Source: an uncultured Chloroflexia bacterium (GTDB lineage Bacteria; Chloroflexota; Limnocylindria; Limnocylindrales; CSP1-4). Taken from it: DNA of 64,000 nt. The stretch lies in NCBI GenBank assembly GCA_963755995.1, contig CAVWLQ010000003.1, positions 1,156,734-1,220,733 of the forward strand, in the 5' to 3' direction. Below are positions 38,670 to 52,930 of this stretch, one piece after another. A program made the position numbers and the translations under genes. Numbering within the stretch: the stretch's first letter is position 1; each line of letters begins with the position of its first letter. Below the pieces are notes generated by a model. That model did no database searches. It was not told where the DNA came from and saw only the letters and a program-made list of their open reading frames with translations.

Positions 38670-39953
38670 TCAGGGCGCCAGCCGCTGATATGCGGGAAGC
38701 GCGGCCTCACCGTGGGCGAGCTCGATGGGGGCAGACCCGTCGACGGGCAACAGGAGAGCCGTCTTGTCGGCGTCGTAGTTGGCCAGGATCGCGGTGCCGT
38801 CCGGGCTCCAGCTGTAGTTGTTGATGGTCGGACCGTCGGATCCAAACGGTGCGCGTGGCCCGAGCGCGATGCCCGTACCGCTGCCGTCGACGGGTGCGGC
38901 GACCATCTGGAGCAGGTTGTCCGGCTCGGCGCGCAGGTACGCGATCATGCGGCCGTCCGGAGAGAATGTCCCGCCGAGTTGTGCGGCTCGGGCCGGGTGC
39001 GGCAGGACCCGATCCTGACCGGTCCCGATGGTCAGGATGTGGACCTGAAACAAGTTCGCGAGCCCACTCGCCTGGTACGTCACGGACGTGCCGTCCGGTG
39101 AAACGGCGACCGACTGATAGTCCCGCGCATCGGTCGCCGGCCTGAGGGAGATGGCGTGAAGCTGGGAGCCGTCCGGCCGGACCGCGAAGATCCCCGATGG
39201 CGGGTCGCTCGCCCGCAGCTGTTCCCCTCGGAAGACGATCTCCTTGCCGTCAGGAGGCAGCCACGAGACCTCGTGGGCAGGCCGGCCGACGTCGAGTGTT
39301 CGCATCCCGCTGCCGTCAGCGTTGACGACGTCGATCACGTGTCCATTGCCGTCCGGCGCCGTTGCGACGATGGCGATCTGCTGTCCATCGGGTGACCAAT
39401 CCTGCCAGTCAAGGCCAGGCAGGCCCGGGGTCAGCGCCCGGACATCCGTACCGTCGGCCCTGGCCACCATGAGCATGAGGCCACAGTCCGGCTGGCCACA
39501 GTCGGTCGGGGCACCACGAAGGAAGATGAACTTTGTCCCATCCCGGGAGAACGTTGCACCGAAGTCGAATGCCGGCCCGGCGATCACGGGCGATTGCCGG
39601 GCCGTGATCGGGTTGACCGCGAGGATGTCGCCATCCTGGCTGGACATGAGGATCCCGTTGCGCGCCGGGCCGAATGGCTGCAGCACGCGCGGGCGCGTCC
39701 CCATCCAGAGCGCTGCCGCCCCGATCGCGATGATCAGGCCAAGGACGACCAGCAGCCAGGCGACCCTGGGAGTCGGTGTGAAGCGAAGAGTTGTCTGCAC
39801 GGGGAGCCACCTTTCGGGGCTCGCCCACCACGGCCGTTGTCGGGTCCGGGTCGTCCGGGCGAGCGTCTCGTCGAGGTAGTCGGGCGCACCGCGTCCGGCC
39901 TGAACGTCGAGCCAATCCGAGACGGTCCGGTCGAAGCCATCGTTGAGCGTCAT
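38670..39953 (-). CDS. single-pass membrane protein with extracytoplasmic PD40/TolB-like beta-propeller repeats; putative anti-sigma partner of the upstream ECF sigma
   Basis: TM AWLLVVLGLIIAIGAAALW. Repeated SxDG/SPDG motifs (FSRDGTKF, WSPDGQQI, LPPDGKEI, VSPDGTSV, FSPDGRMI, WSPDGTAI). ATGA-coupled to the sigma gene. No zf-HC2 motif. Confidence 0.65.
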   Translation of the reverse strand: MTLNDGFDRTVSDWLDVQAGRGAPDYLDETLARTTRTRQRPWWASPERWLPVQTTLRFTPTPRVAWLLVVLGLIIAIGAAALWMGTRPRVLQPFGPARNGILMSSQDGDILAVNPITARQSPVIAGPAFDFGATFSRDGTKFIFLRGAPTDCGQPDCGLMLMVARADGTDVRALTPGLPGLDWQDWSPDGQQIAIVATAPDGNGHVIDVVNADGSGMRTLDVGRPAHEVSWLPPDGKEIVFRGEQLRASDPPSGIFAVRPDGSQLHAISLRPATDARDYQSVAVSPDGTSVTYQASGLANLFQVHILTIGTGQDRVLPHPARAAQLGGTFSPDGRMIAYLRAEPDNLLQMVAAPVDGSGTGIALGPRAPFGSDGPTINNYSWSPDGTAILANYDADKTALLLPVDGSAPIELAHGEAALPAYQRLAP

Positions 39954-40507
39954 GCGAGGCGGCCCTCCGTGATCTCCGACCGAGGTCGGGCATCGGCGTC
40001 GAGGGCGGCTCGCATGGACTGGAGGGCCCGGTGGAGGCGCGATTTCGCCGTCCCAAGCGGGATCCCGAGCGCGACGGCGACCTCCGGCAGTGGCAGGTCG
40101 AGATAGTGGTGAAGGACGATGAGGGCCCGCGCCTCCGGCTCGAGGCGGCTGAAGCCGCGGTCGAGCTGGTCGCGGTCGACCATGACGGCGTTCGCGTCGC
40201 CACGGTCGGGGTGATCGATCTGGGTGAGCTCGACGTCGACGCGATGGCGCCGGAGCCGGCGCGCCTCATCGATGCAGGCGCGGTACAGCAGCCGGTGGAG
40301 CCAGGCGTCGAAGCGATCTGGGTCGCGCAAGGTGGGCAGGTCACGCCAGGCTCGGACGAGCGTCTCCTGGACGGCGTCCTTGGCCTGGTCGGGATCGCGC
40401 AGGATGAGCCGGGCGGCGGCGTCCAGCCGGAAGATCGCGGCGCCGGCGAGCGCGGCGAAGGCGTCATGATCGCCTCGTCGCGCTTGCTCCACGAGTTCCT
40501 GCTGCAT
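39950..40507 (-). CDS. ECF (group IV) RNA polymerase sigma factor
   Basis: Region 2 [33 protein letters not shown]. Region 4 [40 protein letters not shown]. Confidence 0.9.
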   Translation of the reverse strand: MQQELVEQARRGDHDAFAALAGAAIFRLDAAARLILRDPDQAKDAVQETLVRAWRDLPTLRDPDRFDAWLHRLLYRACIDEARRLRRHRVDVELTQIDHPDRGDANAVMVDRDQLDRGFSRLEPEARALIVLHHYLDLPLPEVAVALGIPLGTAKSRLHRALQSMRAALDADARPRSEITEGRLA

Positions 40508-40661
40508 CGCGCCCCTCGGCGGCGGCGTGGCCGACGTGGCCTCGCTCGATGAGTATGGCGAGACGGGTCGTCGGGTTCGTTCCGAAATCGGTCCCCGAGC
40601 CGGCCCGACGCGGTACCATCACGCTCCCACCGGACCTCGGAAGTCGGAGCTGCCGCGCCTC

Positions 40662-41837
<1,176 letters not shown>

Positions 41838-41841
<4 letters not shown>

Positions 41842-42723
41842 GCATCCTCGTCGGACCCGACACGCGTCTCGTCGTCCAGGGCATCACCGGGCGCGAGGGC
41901 GAGTTCCACAGCCGGGCGATGCAGGCCTACGGCACCCCGATCGTCGCCGGCGTGACCCCGGGCAAGGGCGGCCAGAGCGCCCTCGATGGCACCGTGCCCG
42001 GTCTTCGACACGGTCGCCGAGGCGGTCCGCGAGACCGGCGCGAACACGTCCTGCATCTTCGTCCCGGCCGGCGGCGCGCCGGACGCGGTCATGGAGGCGG
42101 CCGCGGCCGGGATCGCCACGATCTTCTGCATCACCGAGGGCATCCCGGCCCTCGACATGATCCCCGCGGTCGAGATGGTCGTCCGGGCCGGCGCCCGGCT
42201 GATCGGCCCGAACTGCCCCGGCGCGACGTCGCCCGGGTCGGCCAAGGTCGGGATCATCCCGGGCTCGGTCCACCTGGCCGGCCGGGTCGGCGTCGTGAGC
42301 CGCTCCGGGACGCTCACCTACGAGGCGGTCCAGGCGATGACGGACGCCGGTGTCGGCCAGTCGACCTGCGTCGGGATCGGCGGCGACCCGATCATCGGCA
42401 CGACGTTCCTCGACGTGCTCCAGCTGTTCGCGGCGGACCCCGGGACGGACGCGATCGTGCTCATCGGCGAGATCGGCGGCGCCGCCGAGGAGACCGCCGC
42501 CGCGTGGGCCGCCGAGAACCTGGCGGACATCCCGAAGGTCGCCTTCATCGCCGGCCGGACCGCCCCCGAGGGCAAGCGGATGGGCCATGCCGGGGCGATC
42601 ATCTCGGGCGGCGCCGGGACGGCCGCGTCCAAGGTCGAGGCGCTCGAGGCGGCCGGCTTCCGCGTGGCGGGCTCGCCGACCGAGCTGCCGGGCCTCCTGC
42701 GCGACGCCGGCTACCGCGGCTAG
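41838..42723 (+). CDS. sucD: succinyl-CoA synthetase alpha subunit, one frameshift near 42000
   Basis: [20 protein letters not shown], then ORF 41986..42723 with [25 protein letters not shown] and GHAGAII. Start overlaps the sucC stop. Confidence 0.92.
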
Positions 42724-42732
42724 GAGGCGGCC

Positions 42733-43216
42733 GTGGATCTCGCCGACATCCGGTTCCTCTACGGGTTCGATCGGTGGGCCACCGACCAGGGTCCTCGACG
42801 CCGCCGCCCGGGCGGACGAGACGACCTGGTCGGCGACGAACATCGTCGACCAGAGGGGCCTCGGCGGGATCCTGGTCCACCAGCTCGGCGCTCAGCAGCG
42901 CTGGCGTCATTACCTGACCGGCGCTCAAGGCGACGAGCCGAGGCCCGAGGACGGGCCGCTGCCCGATCCGGCCACCCTCCGCTCGGCCTGGGAGCGCGAA
43001 TGGGCGGGCTACGACGCCTGGTTCGATGCGATGAAGCCCGAATGGCTCGATCAGGCGGAGGGCGGCGTCAGCCTGTGGCAGGCGCTCGCGCACGTCGTCA
43101 ACCACGGTACCCAGCACCGGTCCGAGGCCGCCGTCCTGCTGACGGCCGCGGGCCACTCGCCGGGCGATCTCGACATGGTCGACTACGCGGAATCCCTGGC
43201 CCCGTCCGACTCATGA
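42733..43216 (+). CDS. DinB family protein, one frameshift (extra A about 42788)
   Basis: [10 protein letters not shown] then (frame switch) [25 protein letters not shown]...[15 protein letters not shown], the DinB four-helix His pattern. Confidence 0.75.
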
Positions 43217-43686
43217 GCCGGCTGATGGATCTCGTCGCCGGCGAGGCGCCGACGATCCTCATGGTCATCGGCCTCGACGACCTCGAGGCCCTCGACGACC
43301 GGTCGCGCTTCACCGCCCACCTCGCGCTCGGGAGCGGGCTCGACCCGACCTGGCTGGACCTCTTCGCCGAGGCGGCCCGGAGCGTGACCGACTCGGACGA
43401 GCCGCGTGACTTCATCGACGCCCGCCTCGAGCTCGACGGACCCGGTGACGGCGAGGGGCACACGATCGAGCGGGTCGACCCGACCTGGATCACGACGGTC
43501 GCCCGGCTCATGGATCACGACGTCGACGCCATCGCCGGACGCTGGATCGTGCTCATCGAGGACGAGATCGGCGAGCTGCCGCGCGAGGAGAAGCCCTGGA
43601 TCCGCGACCTCGCCGGCCGCGTCATCGCCTTCTGCCGGGAGGCGGATCGGGCGCCCGACGTCATCTTCGCCTGGTCGCTGTCGTGA
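43213..43686 (+). CDS. 157-aa acidic hypothetical protein
   Basis: ATGA overlap with the DinB stop and a 4-nt overlap with the downstream methyltransferase. High GC3. No family recognised. Confidence 0.55.
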   Translation: MSRLMDLVAGEAPTILMVIGLDDLEALDDRSRFTAHLALGSGLDPTWLDLFAEAARSVTDSDEPRDFIDARLELDGPGDGEGHTIERVDPTWITTVARLMDHDVDAIAGRWIVLIEDEIGELPREEKPWIRDLAGRVIAFCREADRAPDVIFAWSLS

Positions 43687-44522
43687 GCCAGCCCGAGCCC
43701 GACGTCGACGCGTCGATCGCGGCCAACCGATCGCTCTGGGACGCCTGGACGGCCATCCATGCCGCGGGCGAGTTCTACGACCTCGAGGGCTTCAAGGCCG
43801 GCGGCGTCCGGCTCCGACCCTACGAGATCGAGATGATCGGCGACGTCACCGGCAAGACGCTCCTCCACCTCCAGTGCCATTTCGGGATCGACACCCTGTC
43901 GTGGGCTCGGCTGGGAGCGCGCGTGACCGGCGCGGACCTGTCACCCGCGGCGGTGGAGCTGGCGCGGTCTCTGGCCGAGGAGCTCGGGTTCCCCGAGGCA
44001 CGCTTCGTCCAGTCCAACCTGTACGACCTGCCGGACGCGCTCGAGGGGCAATTCGACGTCGTCTACACGTCCCGTGGCGTGCTCAACTGGCTGCCCGACA
44101 TCGCGGCCTGGGCCCGGGTCGTCGCTCATTTCGTGGCCCCGGGTGGGACGTTCTTCATCACCGAGGCGCATCCGATCATGAACGTCTTCGAGAACGAGGA
44201 CGTCGAGCCGGGTGAGCTGCGCCTGGTCTACCCCTACTGGGAGCACAGCACGCCGCTGACCTTCGAGGTCAAGGGCTCGTATGCCGACCGGGACGCGGAG
44301 GTCCGCGGTCAGGTCGAGCACTCCTGGGATCACGGGCTCGGCGAGATCGTGACCGCCCTGATCGAGGCGGGGCTGGTGATCACCGCCCTGGTCGAGCACC
44401 CGTTCCTGGACTGGAAGGTCGATTTCCTCGTCGAGGACGAGACCGGGAAATACCGCCTGCCGCCGGGCACGGTGGGTGAGCTGCCGCTGATGTTCTCACT
44501 GAAGGCGACGAAGCCGGCCTGA
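43683..44522 (+). CDS. class I SAM-dependent methyltransferase
   Basis: LLHLQCHFGIDTLSWARLGARVTGADLS (motif I/II region), DVVYTSRGVLNWL. Intact 279 aa. Confidence 0.8.
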   Translation: MSQPEPDVDASIAANRSLWDAWTAIHAAGEFYDLEGFKAGGVRLRPYEIEMIGDVTGKTLLHLQCHFGIDTLSWARLGARVTGADLSPAAVELARSLAEELGFPEARFVQSNLYDLPDALEGQFDVVYTSRGVLNWLPDIAAWARVVAHFVAPGGTFFITEAHPIMNVFENEDVEPGELRLVYPYWEHSTPLTFEVKGSYADRDAEVRGQVEHSWDHGLGEIVTALIEAGLVITALVEHPFLDWKVDFLVEDETGKYRLPPGTVGELPLMFSLKATKPA

Positions 44523-44579
44523 CCGGAGCCCGCGAGGGCCGCGCCGGGACCCGGCCGCCGCTCCCGCCGACCCGCGGCC

Positions 44580-45044
44580 TCAGAACCCGAGCGACTCCCA
44601 GGCCGGGCCGCCCGGCGCCTCGATCAGCTCCACGAGAACCCCGTGGCACGACCGCGGATGCAGGAAGGCGACCGGACCCTCGGCGCCCCGGCGTGGCGCC
44701 GAATCGATCAGCTCGAGACCGTCGATCTCGAGGCGCAGCAGCGTCTCGGCCAGGTTCGGGACCTCGAGGCAGACGTGGTGGAAGCCCTCGCCCTTGCTGG
44801 CCAGGAAGCGCGCCACCCCGGTCGTGTCGTCGGTCGGCTGCACCAGCTCGATCTTCGACTCGCCCACTCCGAGGAACGCGATCCGGACGCGGTCGTCGGG
44901 GATGTCCATGACCGTCTCGAGGTCGAGGCCGAGGGCATCGCGCCAGAGGGCGAGCGAGGCCTCGATCGAGGTCACGATCAGGGCCACGTGATGGACCTTG
45001 CCGATGCGCCGCACGGCGTCCGGGATGACCGGGTCTGGTGCCAT
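44580..45044 (-). CDS. mce: methylmalonyl-CoA epimerase (VOC superfamily)
   Basis: VHHVALIV, IELVQP, GEGFHHVCLEV, AFLHP..GVLVELIE. Lies within the propionate cluster. Confidence 0.85.
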   Translation of the reverse strand: MAPDPVIPDAVRRIGKVHHVALIVTSIEASLALWRDALGLDLETVMDIPDDRVRIAFLGVGESKIELVQPTDDTTGVARFLASKGEGFHHVCLEVPNLAETLLRLEIDGLELIDSAPRRGAEGPVAFLHPRSCHGVLVELIEAPGGPAWESLGF

Positions 45045-45067
45045 CGCCGCAGCGTACCCTGTCGGCC

Positions 45068-45584
45068 ATGGCCTTGATCGAGCCGGCCAGCGCGGTCATC
45101 GTGCGCGTGCCGGTGCCCGCGGCATCGAACGGCTCCGGACCCGCTGGGATCGGGCAGCGAGCCTCGGCGTGCCGGCACACGTGACCGTCCTGTTCCCGTT
45201 CCTCGCGCCGGGCGACCTTGTCCCGGCGGCTCGCCGCGAGCTCGCGGCGATCGCCGCCGCCACCGATCCCTTCGAGGTGAGGTTCACGCGCGTCGATCGC
45301 TTTCCGACGGTCGTCTACCTCGCGCCCGAGCCCGACACGCCGTTCGCCCGGCTGACCGGCCGAGATCGCGGCGCGCTACCCGGACCACCCGCCATACGGC
45401 GGCGCGTTCGAGGAGGTCGTGCCGCACCTGACGGTGGCCGAGTCGGCCACCGCCCCGCTCGACGAGATCGCGCTGGCGGCCGCCGATCACCTCCCGATCC
45501 ACCACCGGGTGACGATGCTGGAGGTGCTGGTCGAGGGGATGGAGGGCCGCTGGCACGGCCGCTGGCGTCTGCCCCTGGGACCGG

Positions 45585-45595
<11 letters not shown>
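45068..45595 (+). CDS. 2H phosphoesterase / 2'-5' RNA ligase (LigT-like) family protein, two compensating frameshifts (about 45118 and 45356)
   Basis: Two HxT motifs: [10 protein letters not shown] and VPHLTVAE. The reconstructed reading ends [11 protein letters not shown] with a stop at 45593-45595. Overlaps the convergent mutase 3' end by 11 nt. Confidence 0.7.
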
Positions 45596-47266
<1,671 letters not shown>

Positions 47267-47270
<4 letters not shown>

Positions 47271-49323
47271 CGGATGACGACCAGCGGATCGCCGAGCTCG
47301 ACGGTCTGGCCGACGGCTGTCGCGACCCGGTCGACCGTCCCGGCGCGCGGCGACCGGAGCTCGTTCTCCATCTTCATCGCCTCCACCGCCAGGAGCCGCT
47401 GGCCGGCCACGACGGCATCCCCCGCCTCGACGGCCACGGACACGACCCGTCCGGGGATGATGGCACGAACCTCGGTCGGTCCGTGGTGGATGGCCGCTTC
47501 GCGGCTCGCCGTGGCCCGCTCCCGGAGGTCGGCCAGGCCGGCGTCCTCGACCTCGAGACTCGAAGCGCCAGCCGTCGACGACGACCTCGACCGCGGTCCG
47601 GCCACGGGTCGACGACGGGCGCGCGGCCGGGCAGGACGATCGCCCGGTCGACGGGCGCGGAGCTCGGTCCCATCAGCCGCGGCCGACGCCTCGACGTCGC
47701 CGAGGACCTCGCCGGTCGCCCGGTCCGTGACGCGCAGCCGGGTCACGCCGGCCACCGATCGGTCGCGTCGGCGCGGGCGGCGACGGCCCAGGCGGTCTCG
47801 GCCGGAGGGGCCGGGAGGGTACCCGCCGACGAAGGACCTGGCGGTGGCGAGGGCCCGTCGAACCGACCGCCCAGCGATCGCACGAGCCGCCGCCTCGGCC
47901 GCCACCCCGGCATGGCTCGCCCGGTCCGCCGCGCCATCCCAGGACTCCGCGACCCACTCGATCGACAGGTCGCCCGCCCGAAACCCGGGGTGCCGGGCCA
48001 CGAAACGGTCGAACGGCAGGGTCGTCTGGATGCCGGCGATCTCGGTCTCGTCGAGCGCGCGCCGGAGGCGGTCGATGGCGGCGTCCCGGTCCGCGGCATG
48101 GACCATGATCTTCGCGACCAGGTTGTCGTAGTCGGGCGGGACCCGGTCCCCCGCCTGCAGGCCCGGTGTCGACGCGGACCCCGGGGCCGGCCGGCATCAC
48201 CCACCGGTCGATGCGACCCGGCCCGGGCGCGAAGTCTCGGGCCGGATCCTCGGCCGCAAGCCGGACCTCGATGGCGTGACCGACCGGCTCGGCAGCGTGG
48301 GCAGCAGCGGCCAGGGCGCCGGCCGACAGCGGCTCGCCCGCCGCCAACCGGAACTGCTCGTGGACGATGTCGAGACCGGTCACGAGCTCGGTGACCCCGT
48401 GCTCGACCTGGAGCCGGGTGTTGACCTCGAGGAAGTGGAAGGCCCCGGCGTCGTCTCGGAGGAACTCGGCCGTCGCCGCGTTCTGAAGCCCACCGGCCGT
48501 CGCCAGCCGGACGGCGAGGTCGTGGAGGTGGCGCCGTTCGGCCGTCGACAGACCCGGTGCCGGCGCTTCCTCGATGAGCTTCTGGTGGCGTCGCTGGGAC
48601 GAGCAGTCGCGCTCGCCGATGGCGACGACGGCCCCCGTCGCGTCGCCCAGGAGCTGGACCTCGATGTGCCGCGCCGGCCGGACCTCGCGCTCCAGGAAGA
48701 CCGACCCGTCGCCGAACGCCGACGCGGCCTCGGCCGATCCCGCGGCCAGCGCGGCCGGCAGATCCTCGGCGGCGAGCGACCCGGCGCATCCCCCGTCCCC
48801 CGCCGCCGGCCGCTGCCTTGACCAGCAGCGGAAAGCCGATCCGGTCCGCCTCGGCGATGATCGCGGCGACCTGGTCGGGACGGTCGACCGCCACCGGATC
48901 CGGGGTCCCGGGCACGCCCTCCACCCCGACCGATCGCGCGATCCGGCGCGCCCGGACCTTGTCCCCGAGAGCCTCGATGACCGCCGACGGCGGGCCGACG
49001 AAGACGAGCCCGGCGTCCTCGACTGCCCGGGCGAAGGCCGCCCGCTCGGACAGGAAGCCGTAGCCCGGATGGATCGCGTCGACCCCGGTGGCAAGGGCCG
49101 CCTCGACCACCAGGTCGATCCGAAGGTAGCTCTCGGTCGGTGGCGGCGGCCCGAGCCGGACGGCGAGGTCGGCCTGGCGGACGTGCATCGAGCCGGCGTC
49201 GGCGTCGCTGTAGACGGCGACCGCCTCCATGCCCAGCTCGTGGCAGGCGCGGATGATCCGGACGGCGATCTCCCCCCGGTTGGCGATCAGGACCCGACGG
49301 AAGGGCGCTCCCGATCGGGTCAC
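47267..49323 (-). CDS. pccA: acetyl/propionyl-CoA carboxylase alpha subunit (biotin carboxylase + BCCP), at least 5 frameshifts
   Basis: [16 protein letters not shown] and [12 protein letters not shown] (ORF 47743..49323). EHGVTE.VTG.D (ORF 47673..49094). [10 protein letters not shown] and biotinylation motif EAMKMENE (ORF 47267..48106). Breaks near 48778, 48163 and several within 47480-47700 ([11 protein letters not shown] lies in yet another frame). Confidence 0.9.
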
Positions 49324-49334
49324 CGGCCGGCCGC

Positions 49335-49350
49335 GTCTTTGCGCAAAGAC
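49335..49350. repeat. palindromic motif copy 1 (GTCTTTGCGCAAAGAC), candidate parS or operator
   Basis: Perfect 16-bp palindrome in the 45-nt spacer between the pccB stop (49369) and the pccA start (49323). Confidence 0.6.
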
Positions 49351-49368
49351 AGTCCGACGCGGGAGCGC

Positions 49369-50913
49369 TCAGAGCGGGATGTTGCCATGCTTCTTTCGAG
49401 GGTTCGTGTCGCGCTTGTCGGCCAGCATCTCCAGGGCGCGGATGAGACGGGGCCGGGTCTCGGACGGGCGGATGACGTCGTCGACGTAGCCCCGCGCTGC
49501 GGCGACGAACGGGTTCGCAAATGCCAGCCGGTACTCGGCGACGAGTCGGGCACGTTCCGCGTCCGGGTCGGCGGCCGCGGCGATCGCGTCGCGGTTGATG
49601 ATGTTGACGGCGCCCTCGGCGCCCATGACCGCGATCTCGGCGGTCGGCCAGGCGAAGTTCATGTCACCGCGGATGTGCTTGCTGCTCATGACGTCATACG
49701 CACCGCCGTAGGCCTTGCGGGTGATGACCGTCAGCTTCGGCACCGTCGCCTCGGCGTACGCATAGAGCAGCTTCGCGCCGTGGCGGATGATCCCGCCGTG
49801 TTCCTGGTCGACACCGGGCAGGAACCCCGGGACGTCGACGAAGGTCAGCAGCGGGACGTTGAAGGCATCGCACGTCCGGACGAACCGCGCGGCCTTGACC
49901 GACGCATCGATGTCGAGCGCGCCGGCGAGGACCGCCGGCTGCTGGGCGACGACGCCGACGCTGCGACCGCCGAGCCGCGCGAACCCGACGATGATGTTCT
50001 GCGCCCAGCCCGGCTGGATCTCGAGGAAGCCGCCGTCGTCGACGACGCGGCGCAGGACGTCGTGCATGTCATACGGCAGGCGCGGGTCGTCGGGGACGAT
50101 GGTGTCGAGCTCGACGTCCATCCGGTCCGACGGATCGGCCGCCGCAACGATCGCCGGCGCCGCGAGGTTGTTCTGCGGCAGGTGCGCCAGCAACGCGCGC
50201 GCCGCGTCGAGCGCACCGGCTTCATCGGGTGCCGCGATATGCGCGACACCACTGCGGGTCGTATGCGTCTCGGCGCCACCGAGGTACTCGCGATCGACGT
50301 CTTCGTGGGTCACGGTCTTCACGACGTCCGGACCGGTGACGAACATGTAGCTCGTGCCCTCGACCATCACGGTGAAGTCGGTGATCGCCGGCGAATAGAC
50401 CGCGCCGCCGGCACACGGTCCGAGGATCACCGAGATCTGTGGCACGACCCCTGACGCCAGGACGTTGCGCAGGAAGATGTCGGCGTACCCGCCGAGCGAC
50501 ACGACGCCTTCCTGGATCCGGGCGCCGCCGGAATCGTTGAGCCCGACGATGGGTGCGCCGACTTTCATCGCCAGGTCCATGACCTTGCAGATCTTCTCGG
50601 CATAGGCCTCGGACAGAGACCCACCGAAGACCGTGAAATCCTGGCTGAAGACGAAGACCGTCCGGCCGTCGATGAAACCGTGTCCGGTGACGACGCCATC
50701 GCCGAGGAACGATTCGGTCGCCGTCGCGTCGCGGTTGGTGACGAACGCGTCCAGCTCGACGAAGGATCCAGGGTCGAGCAGGAGATCGAGACGTTCGCGC
50801 GCGGTCAGCTTGCCGGCGGCGTGCTGCTTGGCGACCCGTGCAACGCCGCCGCCCTCGCGCGACGCGGCGCGCATCTGCTCGAGGAGCGCGAACCGCTCCG
50901 CGTTGGTCGACAC
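49369..50913 (-). CDS. pccB: propionyl-CoA carboxylase beta subunit (carboxyltransferase)
   Basis: [57 protein letters not shown]. Intact 514 aa. Confidence 0.95.
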   Translation of the reverse strand: MSTNAERFALLEQMRAASREGGGVARVAKQHAAGKLTARERLDLLLDPGSFVELDAFVTNRDATATESFLGDGVVTGHGFIDGRTVFVFSQDFTVFGGSLSEAYAEKICKVMDLAMKVGAPIVGLNDSGGARIQEGVVSLGGYADIFLRNVLASGVVPQISVILGPCAGGAVYSPAITDFTVMVEGTSYMFVTGPDVVKTVTHEDVDREYLGGAETHTTRSGVAHIAAPDEAGALDAARALLAHLPQNNLAAPAIVAAADPSDRMDVELDTIVPDDPRLPYDMHDVLRRVVDDGGFLEIQPGWAQNIIVGFARLGGRSVGVVAQQPAVLAGALDIDASVKAARFVRTCDAFNVPLLTFVDVPGFLPGVDQEHGGIIRHGAKLLYAYAEATVPKLTVITRKAYGGAYDVMSSKHIRGDMNFAWPTAEIAVMGAEGAVNIINRDAIAAAADPDAERARLVAEYRLAFANPFVAAARGYVDDVIRPSETRPRLIRALEMLADKRDTNPRKKHGNIPL

Positions 50914-50935
50914 CGTTCAACGCTCCTCATCAGGG

Positions 50936-50955
50936 CTGTCTTTGCGCAAGGACAG
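50936..50955. repeat. palindromic motif copy 2 (CTGTCTTTGCGCAAGGACAG), candidate parS or operator
   Basis: 20-bp palindrome with one mismatch, 23 nt upstream of the pccB start in the pccB/parA divergent region. Confidence 0.6.
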
Positions 50956-50996
50956 CGCCATCATATCTGGCGCGACACGGCCACCGAATGGCCCCG

Positions 50997-51040
50997 GATA
51001 TCCACAGATTCGGTGAACAACTCCGAAAGCGTGTGGATAA
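50997..51040. promoter_or_regulatory. inverted pair of DnaA-box-like 9-mers flanking a short inverted repeat
   Basis: gATATCCACA (50998-51006, 8/9 to TTATCCACA) and TGTGGATAA (51032-51040, reverse complement is a perfect TTATCCACA). TTCGG...CCGAA lies between them. About 100-145 nt upstream of parA. Confidence 0.4.
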
Positions 51041-51141
51041 CCGGGGTGCCCGAATGCCGATCGGCGGGCGTACCATGACGGGACTCGCTCCCCTCCCCCG
51101 ACGGCCGCGTGCCGCCCCCTGGATCCTGAGGTGATGCCCCG

Positions 51142-51898
<757 letters not shown>

Positions 51899-51912
<14 letters not shown>

Positions 51913-52930
51913 CTTCCGCGCCCAAGCCGCGCGGCGGCTGTCGGAAGACACCGAGCTGTCGCCTGCGATCGTCAGCCTGCTGACGCCGGACAGCCCGACC
52001 CGCTCGGTGGGCGTACGCATCGTTCATGTCGACCACATCGAGCCGAACCCTGAACAGCCGCGGATGGTCTTCGAGCAGTCGGCGCTGGACGAGCTCGCGG
52101 CGTCGATCCGAGAGCACGGCGTCCTCCAGCCGATCCTCGTCCGGCCGCTCGGACCGAACACGTACCAGATCGTCGCCGGCGAGCGGCGCTGGCGCGCATC
52201 GCGTCAGGCCGGGCTCGAGACGATCCCGGCCCTGATCGAGGAGATCGACGACGACACGGCGCTCGAGATCGCGATCATCGAGAACCTCCAGCGCGAGGAC
52301 CTGACGCCGCTCGACGAGGCGGCGATGTATGACCGGATGGTCCACGAGCACGGCTACAGCATCCGCAAGCTGGCCGACAAGCTGGGCAAGGACAAGGGCT
52401 ATCTCGAGAACCGCCTGCGCCTGGCCGACGCCCCGCCCGAGATCCGCGAGCTGGTGTCTTTGCGCAAGGACAGCCTGTCCCACGCCTACGAGCTGATGAA
52501 GGTCGAGGATCCGAAGAAGCGCCGTCGCCTGGCCGAGCAGGTCGCGCGCGGAGAGCTGACCCTGATCAAGCTCCGCGACAAGATCGAAGGCCGGCCGGCC
52601 CGTGGCCGCGGCGTCGACGAACCCGACACGGACGGCGTCGAGCTCGACGAACCGGTCGCCCAGACCGGCGTGGACGAGACCGACGGCGACAGCCTGTGGA
52701 CCGCCGACGCGGCGGCGACACCGGTGGCGATGACCGATGACTCGCTCGTCAACGCCAAGCAGAGCCTGGTCGACGCGGTCGACGAGCTGGTCGGCGTCCT
52801 GGGCAACGCCGAGGTCCGCGGTGCGATCGGTGCGACCGATCGGGCCAACCTGGCCAAGTACCTGACGATCGCCAAGCTCCGCCTCGAGAATGCCATCGCC
52901 CTGGTCCGCAGCGAGGATCCCGGCTTCTAG
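51899..52930 (+). CDS. parB: ParB/Spo0J family partition protein
   Basis: [15 protein letters not shown], arginine patch [21 protein letters not shown] region [24 protein letters not shown]. The TTG start at 51899 is uncertain. The C-terminal third is atypical and acidic. Confidence 0.9.
52455..52472. repeat. palindromic motif copy 3 (TGTCTTTGCGCAAGGACA) inside parB
   Basis: Identical to copy 2 over 20 nt (TGTCTTTGCGCAAGGACAGC). Encodes V-S-L-R-K-D-S using TCT and TTG codons. Confidence 0.6.

Noticed and set aside
40561-40583. GGAAC ... CGTCT upstream of the ECF sigma gene as an autoregulated ECF promoter
   Set aside because: The spacer between the elements is only 13 nt, whereas ECF promoters need about 16-17.
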